In this document: in pieces, positions 11,058-24,189 of the stretch
Numbering within the stretch: the first letter of the stretch is position 1
Layout: every line of letters begins with the position of its first letter
Source: Mustelus asterias
Lineage: Eukaryota
Direction of reading: 5' to 3'
NCBI RefSeq assembly: GCF_964213995.1
Contig: NW_027590142.1
Coordinates: 186,001-250,000 of the forward strand
DNA length: 64,000 nt
The notes under the pieces: model-generated
The model's database searches: none
What the model was told of the DNA's origin: nothing
Seen by the model: only the letters and a program-made list of their open reading frames with translations
Position numbers and translations under genes: made by a program

Positions 11058-11120
11058 GGAATGAATGACAGTTGAATGAATGACAGTTGAATGAATGACA
11101 GTTGAATGAATGACAGTTGG
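11058..11120 (+). repeat. 15-bp minisatellite (GAATGAATGACAGTT)x4
   Basis: Direct tandem copies. Confidence 0.95.
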
Positions 11121-11719
11121 ACGCCTGAATATTTTGATTGAGGAGTCAGTGAATGGACTGATGGATCATTGATAGATGTTACTGAAAAATGCTGTTCTAC
11201 GTTCCCATATTTGTGCTTGACTATTTCATAAATTGAATCAGCTCCTTTATTCCATTTGTGTCAGTCTAATATCTCCAATTCTTCCAGAGTGTCTGGGTGA
11301 ACTCCATCCCGAGTTTATCGGGAGTTAGCAAGCTGATCCTCACGAAGAAATAGACGAGATGTTCCTGCGGCTCAGATGGTTCATTTCTCTGCTGATGCTG
11401 AATCTTCATATCCAAGATAAAAAGAGTGAACATGATTAGTTTGAGGAGGGACGATTATAATACTTGAAACATGTGGTTCTTTCACGTGCAACAAATCACT
11501 CAACATGCCCTCACCCAAATTAATGAAGGTAACAGGGTGAAAAGTAAATAAGGTAGCAACAGAAATATTGTGAAGCTCACTGGACAACTACAAGTGTTAC
11601 ATTACTTCCCAAAACAGTGTAATAATGAATCGGGATTTAAAGATTCAGTAACTTCACATGAGCTACAGGTAGTTTCATTTATATCATGACTTTGAAAATC
11701 ATTACACACTCCAGTTATG

Positions 11720-12858
11720 TTTGATTTGATTTGATTTATTATTGTCACATGTATTAACAGACAGTGAAAAGTATTGTTCCTTGTGCGCTTCCCAGACAAA
11801 ACATACCGTTCATAAAGAAGGAAACGAGAGAGTGCAGAATGCAGTGTTACAGTCATAGCTAGGGTGCAGAGAAAGATTAACTTAATGCAAGGTAAGTCCA
11901 TTCAAAAGTCTGACAGCAGCAGGGAAGAAGCTGTTCCTGAGTCGGTTGGTACGTGACCTCAGACTTTTGCATCTTTTTCCCGAAGGAAGAAGGTGGAAGA
12001 GAGAATGTCCGGGGTGCGTGGGGTCCTTAATTATGCTGGCAGCTTTGCCGAGGCAGCGGGAATTGTAGACAGAGTCAATGGATGGGACGCAGGTTTGCGT
12101 GATGGATTGGGCTACATTCAAGACCTTTTGTAGTTCCTTGCGGTCTTGAGCAGAGCACGAGTTGTAATACAACCAGAAATAATGCTTTATATGGTGCATC
12201 TGTAAACGTTGGTGAGAGTCGTTGCTCACATGCCAAATTTCCTTAGTCTTCTGGGAAAATAGAGGCGTTGATGAGCTTTCTTAACTGTAGTGTCGACATG
12301 GGGGGACGAGGACATGTTGTTGGTGATCTGGACACCTAAAAACTTGAAGCTCTCGACTCTTTCTACTTCGTCCCCATTGATGTAGACAGGGGCATGTTGT
12401 CCTTTACACTTCCTGAAGTCGATGACAATCTCCTTCGTTTTGTTTGCATTAACGGAGAGATTATTGTTGCCCCACTAGTTCATCAGACTCTCTATCTCAT
12501 TCCTGTACTGTCTCGTCATTGCTGGAGATCCGACCCACTACAGTGGTGTCGTCAGCAAACTTGAAAATCGAATTGGAGGGGAATTTGACCACACAGCCAT
12601 AGGTATATAAGTCGAGGGGCTGAGAACACAGCCGAGTGGGGCAACGGTGTTGAAGATGATCGTGGAGGACGTGTTGTTGCCTATCCTTACTGATTGTCGT
12701 CTGTGAGTTAGGAAGTTCAGGATCCAGCCGCAGAGGGAGGGGCCCAGGCCCAGGCCACGGAGTTTGGAGATAAGTTTTGTGGTAATAATAGTGTTGAAGG
12801 CTGAGCTGTAGTCATTAAATAGGAGTCTGACATAGGTGTCCTTGTTATCTAGGAGTTT
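11720..12858 (-). mobile_element. Rex1/Babar-type LINE, 5'-truncated
   Basis: [31 protein letters not shown]; C-terminus HPGHSLFHLLPSGKR..RTNRLRNSFFPAAVRLLN; (ATTTG)n tail. Confidence 0.85.
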
Positions 12859-14049
12859 CAGGAGGTTTTGTGTGATGATGAGGTGTTTACTTGTCAACAA
12901 AGATCCGAGGCGACTGGGTAGCTGCTCACTATCATCGGTCGGAATCAATTCCATTTCCCACTGAATTCTGAAGCAGATTTTGTTCCGTGGTGACAGAAAG
13001 GCCAATATACTGTCAATAAATGTTGATATCAATAAATGATACGAAGCAAAGTTGTATAGAATGAAATACTGAAAACAAACAGCAAAAGCTGGAAAATCTC
13101 AGCATCTGCGGAGACAGAATAGAGCCAACGTTTCGAGTCTGGATGACGCTTCGGCAGAGTATTCCTGATGAGTTGGAGAGATCATCATTGTTTCTAACAA
13201 GATGTCAGGGAATCTGCATATCTTTCCTCTAAAATGGGAATAGATCAAACGGTTAGTTTTTAATGATATACACTATTTCGATCCACACACAAGTTGTGTC
13301 AATTCACATACCGATCCCAAATGTCATAATCAACTTCTCCATGCTAACTAACATAATCAACGTCTCAATCACCAACTATATCCTTAAAAAAACTTTCTAA
13401 TCCCTATCTACCCTTATCATTTACCAATTTCATCACCATCTTCAATTTCCTCCAAATTAAGAAGGATCATCCAGACTCGAAACGTTGGCTCTATTCTCTC
13501 TCCACAGATGCTATAAGACCTGTTGAGATTTTCCAGAATTTCTTTCAGTTTCAGTTTCCAGAATCCGCAGCATTTAGCTTTTATCAAAATGCTGAACATA
13601 ATTTGTAAAATAATTGTTTATCTTTCTGAATTGATGGTAATTGGTGAATTGGAACAACCCCGCCTGGAAATTCCACTACAAGACACACATAAACCTGACT
13701 TGGACATATATTACCATTCCTTTGCTGTCAGTTGAACGGCAATCCAGGATCACCCGCCCTAACATCACTGTGGATGTACCTACACTGCAGGTTGTGTAGC
13801 GGTTCAAGAAGGCGGCTCACCAACAACTTACCGAAAGCAATTAGCCAATTAGCAATTGGGAATAAATGGTGGCCTAGACAGTTTCGCCCACCTTCCATAA
13901 AGTCATTTTAAATATACTAATCCTAATGTATGAGAACTGGTGAATGAAATTATTAAATTGCGAATGGATGGTACTTAGTGAAAATAATTACTATCTTTCT
14001 GCACAATTATTACATTCTCCTTAACTGCTGGAAGATTTAAAGTTTTAAT

Positions 14050-14345
14050 TTATTTATTAATGTCACAAGTAGGCTTACATTAACACTGCAATGAATTACT
14101 GTGAAAACCCCTAGTCGCCACACTCTGGCGCCTGTTCGGGTACACTGAGGGAGAATTTAGCCTGGCAAGTGCACCTAACCAGCATGTCTTTTCGTACTGT
14201 GGAAGGAAACTGGAGCACCGAGAGGAAGTACACGGAGACACGGGGAGAATGTGCAGACTCCACACAGACAGTGACACAAGCCGGGAACCAAACCACCATG
14301 GCGTTGTGAGGCAACAGATCTCGCCACTGTGCCATCGTGCCGCCC
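14050..14345 (-). mobile_element. tRNA-derived HE1-type SINE
   Basis: Core CACTGTCTGTGTGGAGTCTGCACATTCTCCCCGTGTC. Related copies near 21500-21940, 25168-25425, 25745-26045, 31075-31432, 38080-38410, 40810-41015, 53420-53690, 54310-54540 and 63505-63825. Confidence 0.85.
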
Positions 14346-14404
14346 ACCATTCCACAAGAGATGCATGATTCAAATTCATAATACTATTTGAAAACAAAAC
14401 CGAT

Positions 14405-16122
14405 AGAAGAACATAAGAACATAAGAACATAAGAAATAGGAGCAGGAGTAGACCATCTAGCCCCTCGAGCCTGCCCCGCCATTCAATAAGATCATGGCTG
14501 ATCTGACGTGGATCAGTACCACTTACCCGCCTGATCCCCATAACCCTTAATTCCCTTACCGATCAGGAATCCATCCATCCGCGCTTTAAACATATTCAGC
14601 GAGGTAGCCTCCACCACCTCAGTGGGCAGAGAATTCCAGAGATTCACCACCCTCTGGGAGAAGAAGTTCCTCCTCAACTCTGTCTTAAACCGACCCCCCT
14701 TTATTTTGAGGCTGTGTCCTCTAGTTTTAACTTCCTTACTAAGTGGAAAGAATCTCTCCGCCTCCACCCTATCCAGCCCCCGCATTATCTTATAAGTCTC
14801 CATAAGATCCCCCCTCATCCTTCTAAACTCCAACGAGTACAAACCCAATCTCCTCAGCCTCTCCTCATAATCCAAACCCCTCATCTCCGGTATCAACCTG
14901 GTGAACCTTCTCTGCACTCCCTCCAATGCCAATATATCCTTCCTCATATAAGGGGACCAATACTGCACACAGTATTCCAGCTGCGGCCTCACCAATGACC
15001 TGTACAGGTGCATCAAGACATCCCTGCTTTTATATTCTATCCCCCTCGCAATATAGGCCAACATCCCATTTGCCTTCTTGATCACCTGTTGTACCTGCAG
15101 ACTGGGCTTTTGCGTCTCATGCACAAGGACCCCCAGGTCCCTTTGCACGGTAGCATGTTTTAATTTGTTTACATTGAGATAGTAATCCCATTTGTTATTA
15201 TTTCCTCCAAAGTGTATAACCTCGCATTTCTCAACGTTATACTCCATTTGCCATATCCTCGCCCACTCACTCAGCCTGTCCAAATCTCTCTGCAGATCTT
15301 CTCCGTCCTCCACACGATTCACTTTTCCACTCATCTTTGTGTCGTCTGCAAACTTCGTTACCCTACACTCCGTCCCTTCCTCCAGATCATCTATATAAAT
15401 GGTAAACAGTTGCGGCCCGAGTACCGATCCCTGCGGCACGCCACTAGTTACCTTCCTCCAACCGGAAAAACACCCATTTATTCCGACTCTTTGCTTCCTG
15501 TCGGATAGCCAGTCCCCAATCCACTTTAACACACTACCCCCAACTCCGTGTGCCCTAATCTTCTTCAGCAGCCTTTTATGGGGCACCTTATCAAACGCCT
15601 TTTGGAAATCCAAAAACACCGCATCCACCGGTTCTCCTCCATCAACCGCCCTAGTCACATCTTCATAAAAATCCAACATGTTCATCAAGCACGACTTTCC
15701 CCTCATGAATCCATGCTGCATCTGATTGATCGAACCATTTCTATCCAGATGCCCTGCTATCTCCTCTTTAATAATGGATTCCAGCATTTTCCCTACTACA
15801 GACGTTAAGCTGACCGGCTTATAGTTACCTGCCTTTTGTCTCCTTCCTTTTTTAAACAGCGGCGTAACATTAGCCGTTTTCCAATCAACCGGCACTACCC
15901 CAGAATGCAACGAGTTTTGATAAATAATCACTAACGCATCCACTATTACCTCTGACATTTCTTTCAATACCCTGGGATGCATTCCATCCGGACCCGGGGA
16001 CTTGTCCACCTTCAGTCCCATTAGTCTACCCAGCACTGCCTCTCTGGTAACATTAATTGTATTAAGTATTTCTCCTGCTGCCAACCCTCTATCGTTAATA
16101 TTTGGCAAACTATTTGTGTCTT
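14405..16122 (-). mobile_element. CR1 LINE, 5'-truncated, RT ORF open (541 aa)
   Basis: [35 protein letters not shown]; (AAGAACAT)n tail. Confidence 0.95.
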
Positions 16123-16124
16123 CA

Positions 16125-16530
16125 ACAACTACAGACATATCTCAATCATAGCATCACGGGAAAGATCTTTGCCAGGTTCACACTTGAAATACATCAGACC
16201 GGGTGGACCTGATGTGCAGTGTAGTGATTGTGTTGGAAGATTTCCTCCAGCCAACAACTGCTCCATGTGCCATATGTGTCCATAACTTGAACTTACTTTG
16301 GTCAACCTTGCTAAGACATTCAACAACATCAGCAGAGTAGGGACTGCAGGATTTTTGGGGATAATTGTCTCCACACAAAGCTTTTAACAACCATTCATGA
16401 TACAAAAAGCGATGACACACAATGACAAATGGCAGATTAATGGGCAGCACTTGTGACAGAATTAAGCTTTCAAACATTGGTCTCCTCAATCATCAAAAAA
16501 CGTGACATATGTAAAGGACGCCAATCCGAA
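16125..16530 (+). mobile_element. Old RTE-clade LINE RT remnant
   Basis: Degenerate NNYRHIS...IFAR and LVNLAKTFNNISR motifs. Confidence 0.6.
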
Positions 16531-16555
16531 ATGGGTGTGTTTATTATGTGTCCAT

Positions 16556-16697
16556 CATGTACTGTAAATAGAAGGATGCAAGTGGTCATTGTGAAATTAT
16601 TTTGTATAAAACATGATATATTTCACATGTACTGTAAATGGAAGGATGCAAGTGGTCATTGTGAAATTAACTTGCATAAAACATGATATATTTCACA
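16556..16697 (+). repeat. 70-bp tandem duplication
   Basis: Two near-identical copies of CATGTACTGTAAAT.GAAGGATGCAAGTGGTCATTGTGAAATT...ATATTTCA. Confidence 0.9.
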
Positions 16698-16799
16698 TAA
16701 CACACACACACACACAAATATATGCTCAATTAGGGTCCCGCCAGGAGCACTCGATTCCAGAAATGCTTTAAAATGAGTGCAAATATAGATAAAAAAATT

Positions 16800-17460
16800 A
16801 AATTAAAGAGGTGAAGAGAGAATGCCTTCCCTTGACATCGTAGCAGCAAGTGACCGTTTGTAGCATTAAGGAGCCCGAGCGAAACTACAGTCAATGGGAA
16901 TCAGGGGGAAAACAATCCACTGGCTGGAGTCATACTGAGCACAAAGAAAAATGGTTGTGGTTGTTGATGACCAGTCATCTCAGTCACAGGGCATTGCTAC
17001 AGAAAGTCTTCGGGTTAGTGACCTAGCCTCAAGCTTCATCCTTCATCAACGTTTAGAAGTGGGATGTTCACTGATGACTGCGCAAAGTTCAGCACCAGTT
17101 GTGACTCCTCAAATACTGACACAGTCTGTGTCCGTATGCAGAAAGACTTAGAAAACATTCAGTCTTGGGCTAACGACTGGCAAGTAACATTAATGCCACA
17201 CAAGTGGCAGGCAATGACAGTCTCCAATGAGGGAGATTCCAACCATCACTCTGACATTAATCGGCCTTACACATCGCTGAATTCGCCCACTATCAACATC
17301 CTAGGAATTATAATACGTGAAAATCTGAACCGGAACAGATATTTCAATCATGTAGCTACAAGAGCAGGTCAGATGCTAGGAGCTCTGCGGTGAACAACGC
17401 TCCTCCTGAATTCCCAAACCCTATCCATCATCTACCAGGCAAAAGTCATGACTATGAACA
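16800..17460 (+). mobile_element. Old non-LTR retrotransposon RT fragment (CR1/L2 group)
   Basis: MFTDDC...MQKDLENIQSWANDWQVTLMPHKWQAMTVS. Confidence 0.7.
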
Positions 17461-17859
17461 AAGAATAAAGGTTAGTACAGCACTGGAACAGGCCCTTCTG
17501 CCCACCAAGTATGTGCCGACACAGTTGATTGAATGTTTTCTACTTGCCTGACGTGTGCCACTCAAAAAGCTCAATGCCATTCTGCAAAGAGTAGCTGCCT
17601 GGAAGCTACTTTCCAACAGCTTTCCAAAGCTTGCCACCACATTCTCAAAGGAAATCAGGGTTTGCCAACAAATGCTGACTTTACCATTGACGCGCAAATC
17701 ACATGAAATAATTTTAAACAGGCCATATCTCTGCCTATATTCAACTGGCCTCTGTCACGATCTGTGTTACACTAATCTGTGACTGGGTCACATTCCAGGA
17801 GTTCCTATGTAAGTTTTTCCCTGCACCCGGCGCAATATCGGGCGCTCATATACGAGACT

Positions 17860-18730
17860 TAGACCCTATTTATATTATAATTTCTAAGTTTTGGCTGCAC
17901 TGAGCCATGTCTCTGCTAATCTGAAAAGAGGCCGTGTCTCAATTTTTACTGCCTCAGAACATTTACCACTGTATACTAAACTGGAAGAACTGCCTTCATG
18001 CATAACACATGGTTCTGTCACAGTTATTATGTAATAGTTCATTAGATTTTAATAAACTAAATCCTGTTTACGTTAATGCTGCATCAGTCCATGTATTTGT
18101 TCATTTAAGACTATGTCACGTCTCTGTTATTATTGCATTTTGCAATATGTCCTAATTGCTGCATTGTCTAAATCTCAGTGTGTACCAGTCTGGGTCCTGT
18201 ATCAGTAATTATTACTAATACACTGGACTCTGTCTCAGTTTATATCTGTCTCGGTCCTGTGTCAGCAATTATTACTAATACACTTGGCTACGTCTCAGCT
18301 TATATCAGTCTAGGTCCCCTATCATTAATTACTAATAATGTACGAGGCTCTGCCTCAGTTAATATCGGACAAGCTTCTGTATCCAGAAAAACTGCACTAG
18401 ACATTATCTCAGTTTTATTTTCCTAGACAATGTCATCGACATTATTTTAAATGGTTCTTTCAAGGGATGTGTGTGTCACTGGAAAGACCAGCATTTGACC
18501 TTCGACCATCCCCACATGACACTCGGCACTAACTCATTTCTATTTTGTTGGATCAGGCTCCTGTTTATATTCACATACAGTCTGTCTCTGTTAACAGTCT
18601 GCTGGACCAGAACTCAGTTTATATAGCATTAGATATACTCTCTGGTTATATGATATTTGATCGTGATCCTGTACACGTTTCACTAGACTGGGTCAGTGTT
18701 TTTCCTGCACTGAACTATACCTCTGCTTGA
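17860..18730 (+). repeat. Degenerate minisatellite with TGTCTCTGTTTATAT core, including a 60-bp unit x3 at 18180-18365
   Basis: Periodic cores; the 60-bp period is visible directly. Confidence 0.7.
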
Positions 18731-19159
18731 ATTATGTCTGTATGACTCCACGGTTCTGCAAGAAGAAGTGACAATGTGTTCGTGGAAAGACATTGCTATC
18801 TGACAGGATCCTGAAACGGGCAGTATTGAATCGACAGTGTTTGGTCGGTGCAGGCTTGGAGGGTCGAAGGACCTGTTCCTGGGCTGTAATTTTCTTGTTC
18901 TTTGTTCTTTGTTGACAGTGCATGCAACATAGGGCTTGGTATCCATTTTCAATGCAGTCAGCAGAAGTAGATTTCAGATAACGCTTCTTATTTTCCGCTG
19001 CCCAAGACTTCATAGAATTTACATGTTTAGAAGGATGCAGAAAGAAAACTATTTTCTCCCAAACACTTTCCTAATTTGTGGCATTGACCAGTGCAATAAA
19101 AACTGACACCATGTCCAATGCAATATAAACGTGGACAGGGTCAAGTGCAGAAATAAGAC

Positions 19160-19762
19160 TGCTTTTATTAACAGGGGGCTGGAGTTTAAGAGCCGTGGGG
19201 TTATGCTGCAATTGTACAGGACCTTGGTGAGACCACATTTGGAATATTGTGTGCAGTTCTGGTCACCTCGCTATAAGAAGGATGTGGAAGCGCTGGAAAG
19301 AGTGCAGAGGAGATTTACCAGGATGCTGCCTGGTTTGGAGGGTAGGTCTTATGAGGAAAGGTTGAGGGAGCTAGGGCTGTTCTCTCTGGAGCGGAGGAGG
19401 CTGAGGAGAGACTTAATAGAGGTTTATAAAATGATGAAGGGAATAGATAGAGTGAACGTTCAAAGACTATTTCCTCGGGTGGATGGAGCTATTACGAGGG
19501 GGCATAACTATAGGGTTCGTGGTGGGAGATACAGGAAGGATATCAGAGGTAGGTTCTTTACGCAGAGAGTGGTTGGGGTGTGGAATGGACTGCCTGCAGT
19601 GATAGTGGAGTCAGACACTTTAGGAACATTTAAGCGGTTATTGGATAGGCACATGGAGCACACCAGGATAATAGGGAGTGGGATAGCTTGATGTTGGTTT
19701 CAGATAAAGCTCGGCACAACATCGTGGGCCGAAGGGCCTGTTCTGTGCTGTTCTATGTTCTA
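19160..19762 (+). mobile_element. CR1 LINE 3' fragment (family A)
   Basis: LYRTLVRPHLEYCVQFWSP...FFTQRVV; near-identical to the 3' ends at about 46000-46590 and 55128-55750. Confidence 0.95.
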
Positions 19763-19764
19763 AC

Positions 19765-20000
19765 TCGTTTAGTACAAACAGAGACAGGTCTAAATTAATA
19801 TAAACAGAGACAGCGTCTAGTTTGATATAAACAGAAACATGTGACCTATCATATAAATAGAGATGGCGTCTAATTTGGTATAATCAGAGAAAGGATCTAG
19901 TTTAATATGCGTAGAGATAGGGTCTAATGCCACATAAACAGAAACATGGCCTTATATAACAGAAACTGACACAGGATTAATTATAAAGAGACTGGTTCAA
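19765..20000 (-). repeat. Degenerate minisatellite, inverted relative to 17860-18730
   Basis: Repeated TATAAACAGAGACA cores. Confidence 0.65.
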
Positions 20001-20029
20001 TCCGAATGAAATTTGGAGAGACGGGCTCC

Positions 20030-20655
20030 TGTCCCATGAAAAACTCACAGGACAGGAGAAACATGGGGTTAGCTGCAGAATTTAAAGTTCCCTCCACATT
20101 GACAAATTAAACACTCCCAAGACAGGAAACGCATGAGTTAGATATCCAAATCAAACATCCCTTGAACAGGTAGACTCTGTAGAAACAGAGTGAAACTCCC
20201 TCTACAAAGTCTGCTCAAACATAATGAAGGCATATAGACCAGGGACTCTCTTCTAGGTAAAACCACTTTTGCACTCTTCATTCAGAGATTCGGGAGGCAA
20301 GATTGAACTTGTGTTAGGTACAGGGGGAAGAGCCCTGTCCACAGTCCGATAAAACCCACCCAGGTCAGGTACAGCAGAGATTAGATACGGATTAAATCTC
20401 CCTTTACAAAGTCAATTTAAATATTCAAAGAGCAAGTACAGTGAGTTTAGATGCAGAGTAAATATTCCTCTCGACTATCCAATCCAACACTCCAAGAGCA
20501 GGGAAAACACGGGTTAAATACAGGGAAAGTTTCTTTGGTACTGCCACATCGAAGTCTGTACTAGGTATAGCCGAGGTTACATACAGCGGAAAATGTAGCA
20601 AACATTCCAGATCATAGAATGCTCAAGAGATCTTTTAGAGTAAAGCTCCCTCACC
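20030..20655 (+). repeat. Degenerate ~70-bp tandem satellite
   Basis: Recurrent AAACACTCCCAGGACAGGTACAGC..GGTTAGATACAGAGTAAAGCTCCCTC-like units. Confidence 0.75.
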
Positions 20656-22039
20656 GATTTCAATTCATTGAATTACATTCTTTGAAAAGCCTATAATTCT
20701 GGCTGAGAGAATACATTGGGCAGACATTGACCTCATGTTGTGGAGTGAAGACGATGAGCCATCGTGGAGAGACAAGACACAGAACCAGACAGGAGAAATA
20801 CCGAGAGAGAGATGAAACACAGAAAATCTCCACAAACACATTTGCCGTGTCATTATATTTCGGAATCAGAGGGATTCTTTCCTAATTCTGAACATAGATA
20901 TCATCCTATCTCATTTCCTCAAATAATTGATGAAGAAATAATGTCAAAAAACAATCATTACTGGAATCCGTTGATCGATTTGCATGTTTGTCTCTATTTC
21001 TGTGCTGTGTTGGTGGGGAAATATTTGCTGTGTTTTTGTCAGCCAACAATCTAATCTGGGATTGCTATTTCTGTGTTTATTTACATAAACACCTCACTGT
21101 TTACAATGAAATGTTCATGGCAGCAAAATCAGATAAACCGTCATTTATTCATTAGTTTCATCACAAAATAGCGGTTATTTTAAGAATATTAACAGTTGGT
21201 TCAAAATGGAATGAAAACGTTTTAACATACATTTCACCAGATGCTATTTAATTAAAACAATATAATCCATTCTATTTAAGAATTTGTTCCGAAAGTTCTG
21301 ATGTCACAATCAATAAATTACCTGTGAACAGGCTGGTATTCCACTGAATGTTAATTTGATTGATCGTTTAATTTGCTTCAACGAGACCAGTTAAAACAAA
21401 CAGATCTGATGAGTGAAATATTCCTGTCACAAATTGTGATGCCACTCACACGAGGGAAGAATAAAAATTCCAGTGTGGTTATCACTAAGAGATCCAATTA
21501 GCATTGCTCCCTTACAACGACAGGGAAGAGGGTTCGATTCCAACCTTGTGTGACTGTCTGTGTGTGGTTTTCACATTCTATCCATGTCCATGTGAGTTTC
21601 CTCCGGGTGTTCCGGATTCCTTCCACAGTCCAAGGATGTGCAAGGTAGGTGGATTGGCTACGATAAATTGCCCCTTAGCGTCCAACGATGTGCAAAGTAG
21701 AATCATAGGATCCCTACAATGCAGAAGGAGACCATTCGGTGCATCAAGTCTGCAGCAGTTCGCCAGGAGAGTATAATTCCCAAGGCCAAGGTGGATTGGC
21801 TCTGCTAAATTGCGCCATATTGTCCAACTAGGGGATTAGCCTGTGAATATATGCGGTTGTCGGGATAGGATGAAGGCAGGGCCGTTGCAGAGATGATGGA
21901 CAGAATGGCTTCCTTCTGCACTGTAGGGATTCTATGATTCCATGGTGCTATGATCAGGTAGATGAGTGGCTATATTCACATTAATCTCAACGCTTCCAAG
22001 GTATTAAAACTTTCATTTTTGTAGAGCTTGCAGGCATAG

Positions 22040-22265
22040 ATCGCTTTACCCGACGTCATGTCATCCCAAAGTTCTTAAAACTCACTGATCTACCTTTGCT
22101 GAATTTAGTCGCTGCTGTAATGTTGGAAATACAGCAGGAAATTTGCGTACAGCAAGCTCCCACAAACCGAGGTGTGATTAATGGCCAGTAAGTTTGTGAT
22201 TTTAGTTGAAGAATGAGTATTAGGGTACGATATTGGAGAGAACAGCCTTGCTCTTCAGAATTAGA
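22040..22265 (+). mobile_element. Deu-domain SINE remnant
   Basis: TGTAATGTTGGAAAT...ATTTGCGTACAGCAAGCTCCCACAAAC core, recalled as the Deu-SINE motif. Confidence 0.55.
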
Positions 22266-22639
22266 TCAATCAGATTTTGTATCCTGGCATCGATCTTAAA
22301 TGTAAATCTGCTTCTCTCTCTCTGCTGATGCACACTGACCTGCTGAGTAGCATTTGTGTTGCTTTAATTTTAGATTTCCAGAATTTGCAGCACTTTACAC
22401 TGTTGTTATTGATCCTCTGGATGTGAGCATCACTGACAAAGCCAACATTAATTGTCCCTGCTGAGAAGGCGGTTGTGAACCACCTTGATGAAACCTGCCC
22501 TCTGGATGTGTTTATTATTTGATTTTCCATAGCAGCTTTGATACAACTGACTGGCCTGCTCGGCAATTTCAGTCGTGGCTAAGAGTCATTTTCATCATAG
22601 TGAAACTGGAGTCTATGTAGGACAGACAGGGTAAACTTA

Positions 22640-23151
22640 GGAATCTTCCGGTTTCAGTTATTTCTGAACAGAAGGTGTTGTTTGAAGTATAAAAACAAAT
22701 TACTGTGGATTCTGGAATTGAACCCAAAATAGAAAATGCTGGAAAATCTCAGAAGGCCTGGCAATATCGGTGAGGAGAGAAAAGAGCTGAGGTTTCGAGT
22801 CCAGATGATCTTTTGACAAAGCGTCATCTGGACTAGAAAAGTCAGCTCTTCTCTCTCCTTACAGATGCTGCTGACTTGCTGAGATTTTCCAGCATTTTCT
22901 CTTTACGTTGTTTGAAGTGTCTTTGGGCGGAGTAAATGGATTCTGAATCCATGGGGCGGAGGAATTGTAGGTTGTCCCAAGACTATCGTACTGAAGAAGA
23001 CACGATAAACACTGTTCAGGGACCTGTCGTACCCAGATCATCCAGTTGCTGCCAATATTGAACGCGTTGGCTTTACATGTCAGTCTCAGTCAGCCTCAGG
23101 GATGCCCAGTTTCTGCCTCTGGCTGAGTCAACACAACCTCCGATTCTACAC
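22640..23151 (-). pseudogene. IGHV: Immunoglobulin VH pseudogene (shark IgM-like V exon)
   Basis: [52 protein letters not shown]...NPFTPPKDTSNN. Stops at 23096-23098 and 23090-23092; insertion 22689-22906 with 12-bp TSD; FR3 truncated near LKPEDS; no YYC or RSS found. Confidence 0.92.
22689..22906. mobile_element. Palindromic Penelope-derived short element inserted in the VH
   Basis: Inverted arms (AAAATGCTGGAAAATCTCAG...CTGAGATTTTCCAGCATTTT); TSD GTTGTTTGAAGT at 22677-22688 and 22907-22918. Confidence 0.75.
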
Positions 23152-23190
23152 TTGTAAAAATATCTAAAATCCTATGAAAACAAAACGCCA

Positions 23191-23510
23191 CGCACCCCGG
23201 ACATAGTCTCTCATCGTTTTTTTTCATCGGGAACAAGATACAAAAGTCTGAGGACACGTACAAACCGACTCAAAAACAACTTCTTTCCTGCTGAAATCAG
23301 ATATTTGAATTGACCGACCTCGCACGAAGTTGATCTTTCTCTACCCCCCAGCTATGGCTGCAAAATTACATTCTTCACTCTCCCCCTTCCTTCCCTATGT
23401 ACGTTATGCTCTGACGGTATAGTGCGCAAGAAACAATAATTTTCACTGTGTATTAATATGTGTGATAAATCAATAATAAATCAAATGAAATGAAATCAAA
23501 TCAAATCAAA
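23191..23510 (+). mobile_element. Rex1/Babar LINE 3' fragment in the VH leader intron
   Basis: Same 3' end as 11720-12020; (AATCA)n tail; AAAACGCCA on both sides. Confidence 0.8.
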
Positions 23511-23569
23511 TATATCGAAAACGCCAAGGATTATTCCTGGTGAATTGATTGCTGACACTGGAACATTCC

Positions 23570-23615
23570 AGAGACAGACTAACACTGAAGCAGTAACAGT
23601 GAGATCCATTGTCAT
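23570..23615 (-). pseudogene. Probable leader exon of VH 2
   Basis: MTMDLTVTASVLVCL hydrophobic stretch about 90 bp upstream of the V exon once the LINE is removed; splice donor degenerate. Confidence 0.45.
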
Positions 23616-24189
23616 GTCTTTGCTAGTCCAAGAGGTGAAATTGCATTTGAGCATCTGTAATAGAAAAGAAACAATTTCATTGTTAATAAAGTGTCTTTAT
23701 TTCTGCACCCCTTCACAAGGGAATGGACATGAAGAAGATGACATTACATTATCAGGGTAAAGACGTCAGTCTGATTTACAATAATTCTGTGTCTCTAAGA
23801 CATTGTAGCAAAGTATAATTAATTAGAGGAATTATTATCGATTTATGTAACTTAATGCAGGGATGATTGTATTTCAGGTGTGGATAGCTATCATTGTACC
23901 TTGGAACTGGATATAAGAAGATGGGAAACACTGGCCTAGTGTTATTATCGCTGGACAATTCATCGACAAACTCAACTAATGTTCTCAGGATGCTGTGAGG
24001 CAGCCGTGGTAACCATTATGCCACTGTGTCGCCCATTAATGAATTAACAATAGATACTCCTCGTATGATACCATGTTACATCTTATATTTCCCCAACAGC
24101 TCCTTAATCCTGTGAAAATTAACGGTGAAATAAACCTTCTTGACTTACAAATAAGCATTGAGTTAACAGAAACACATAAAATTGACATT

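Noticed and set aside
12538-13032. 164-aa ORF as a host gene
   Set aside because: Flanking sequence read into a Rex1/Babar RT; the N-terminal part is not recognisable.
14714-15808. Antisense ORFs over CR1 (similar ones at 28020-29183, 43342-43647, 55972-56543 and over ERV pol)
   Set aside because: Typical antisense shadows of RT coding sequence.
20030-20655. Repeat array considered as CRISPR-like
   Set aside because: Degenerate head-to-tail units with no unique spacers, no cas genes and a eukaryotic context.
20680-20890. Possible Ig/TCR constant-region exon downstream of VH 2
   Set aside because: No frame gives the Cys/Trp pattern of a C1 domain; the same holds for 11200-11420.
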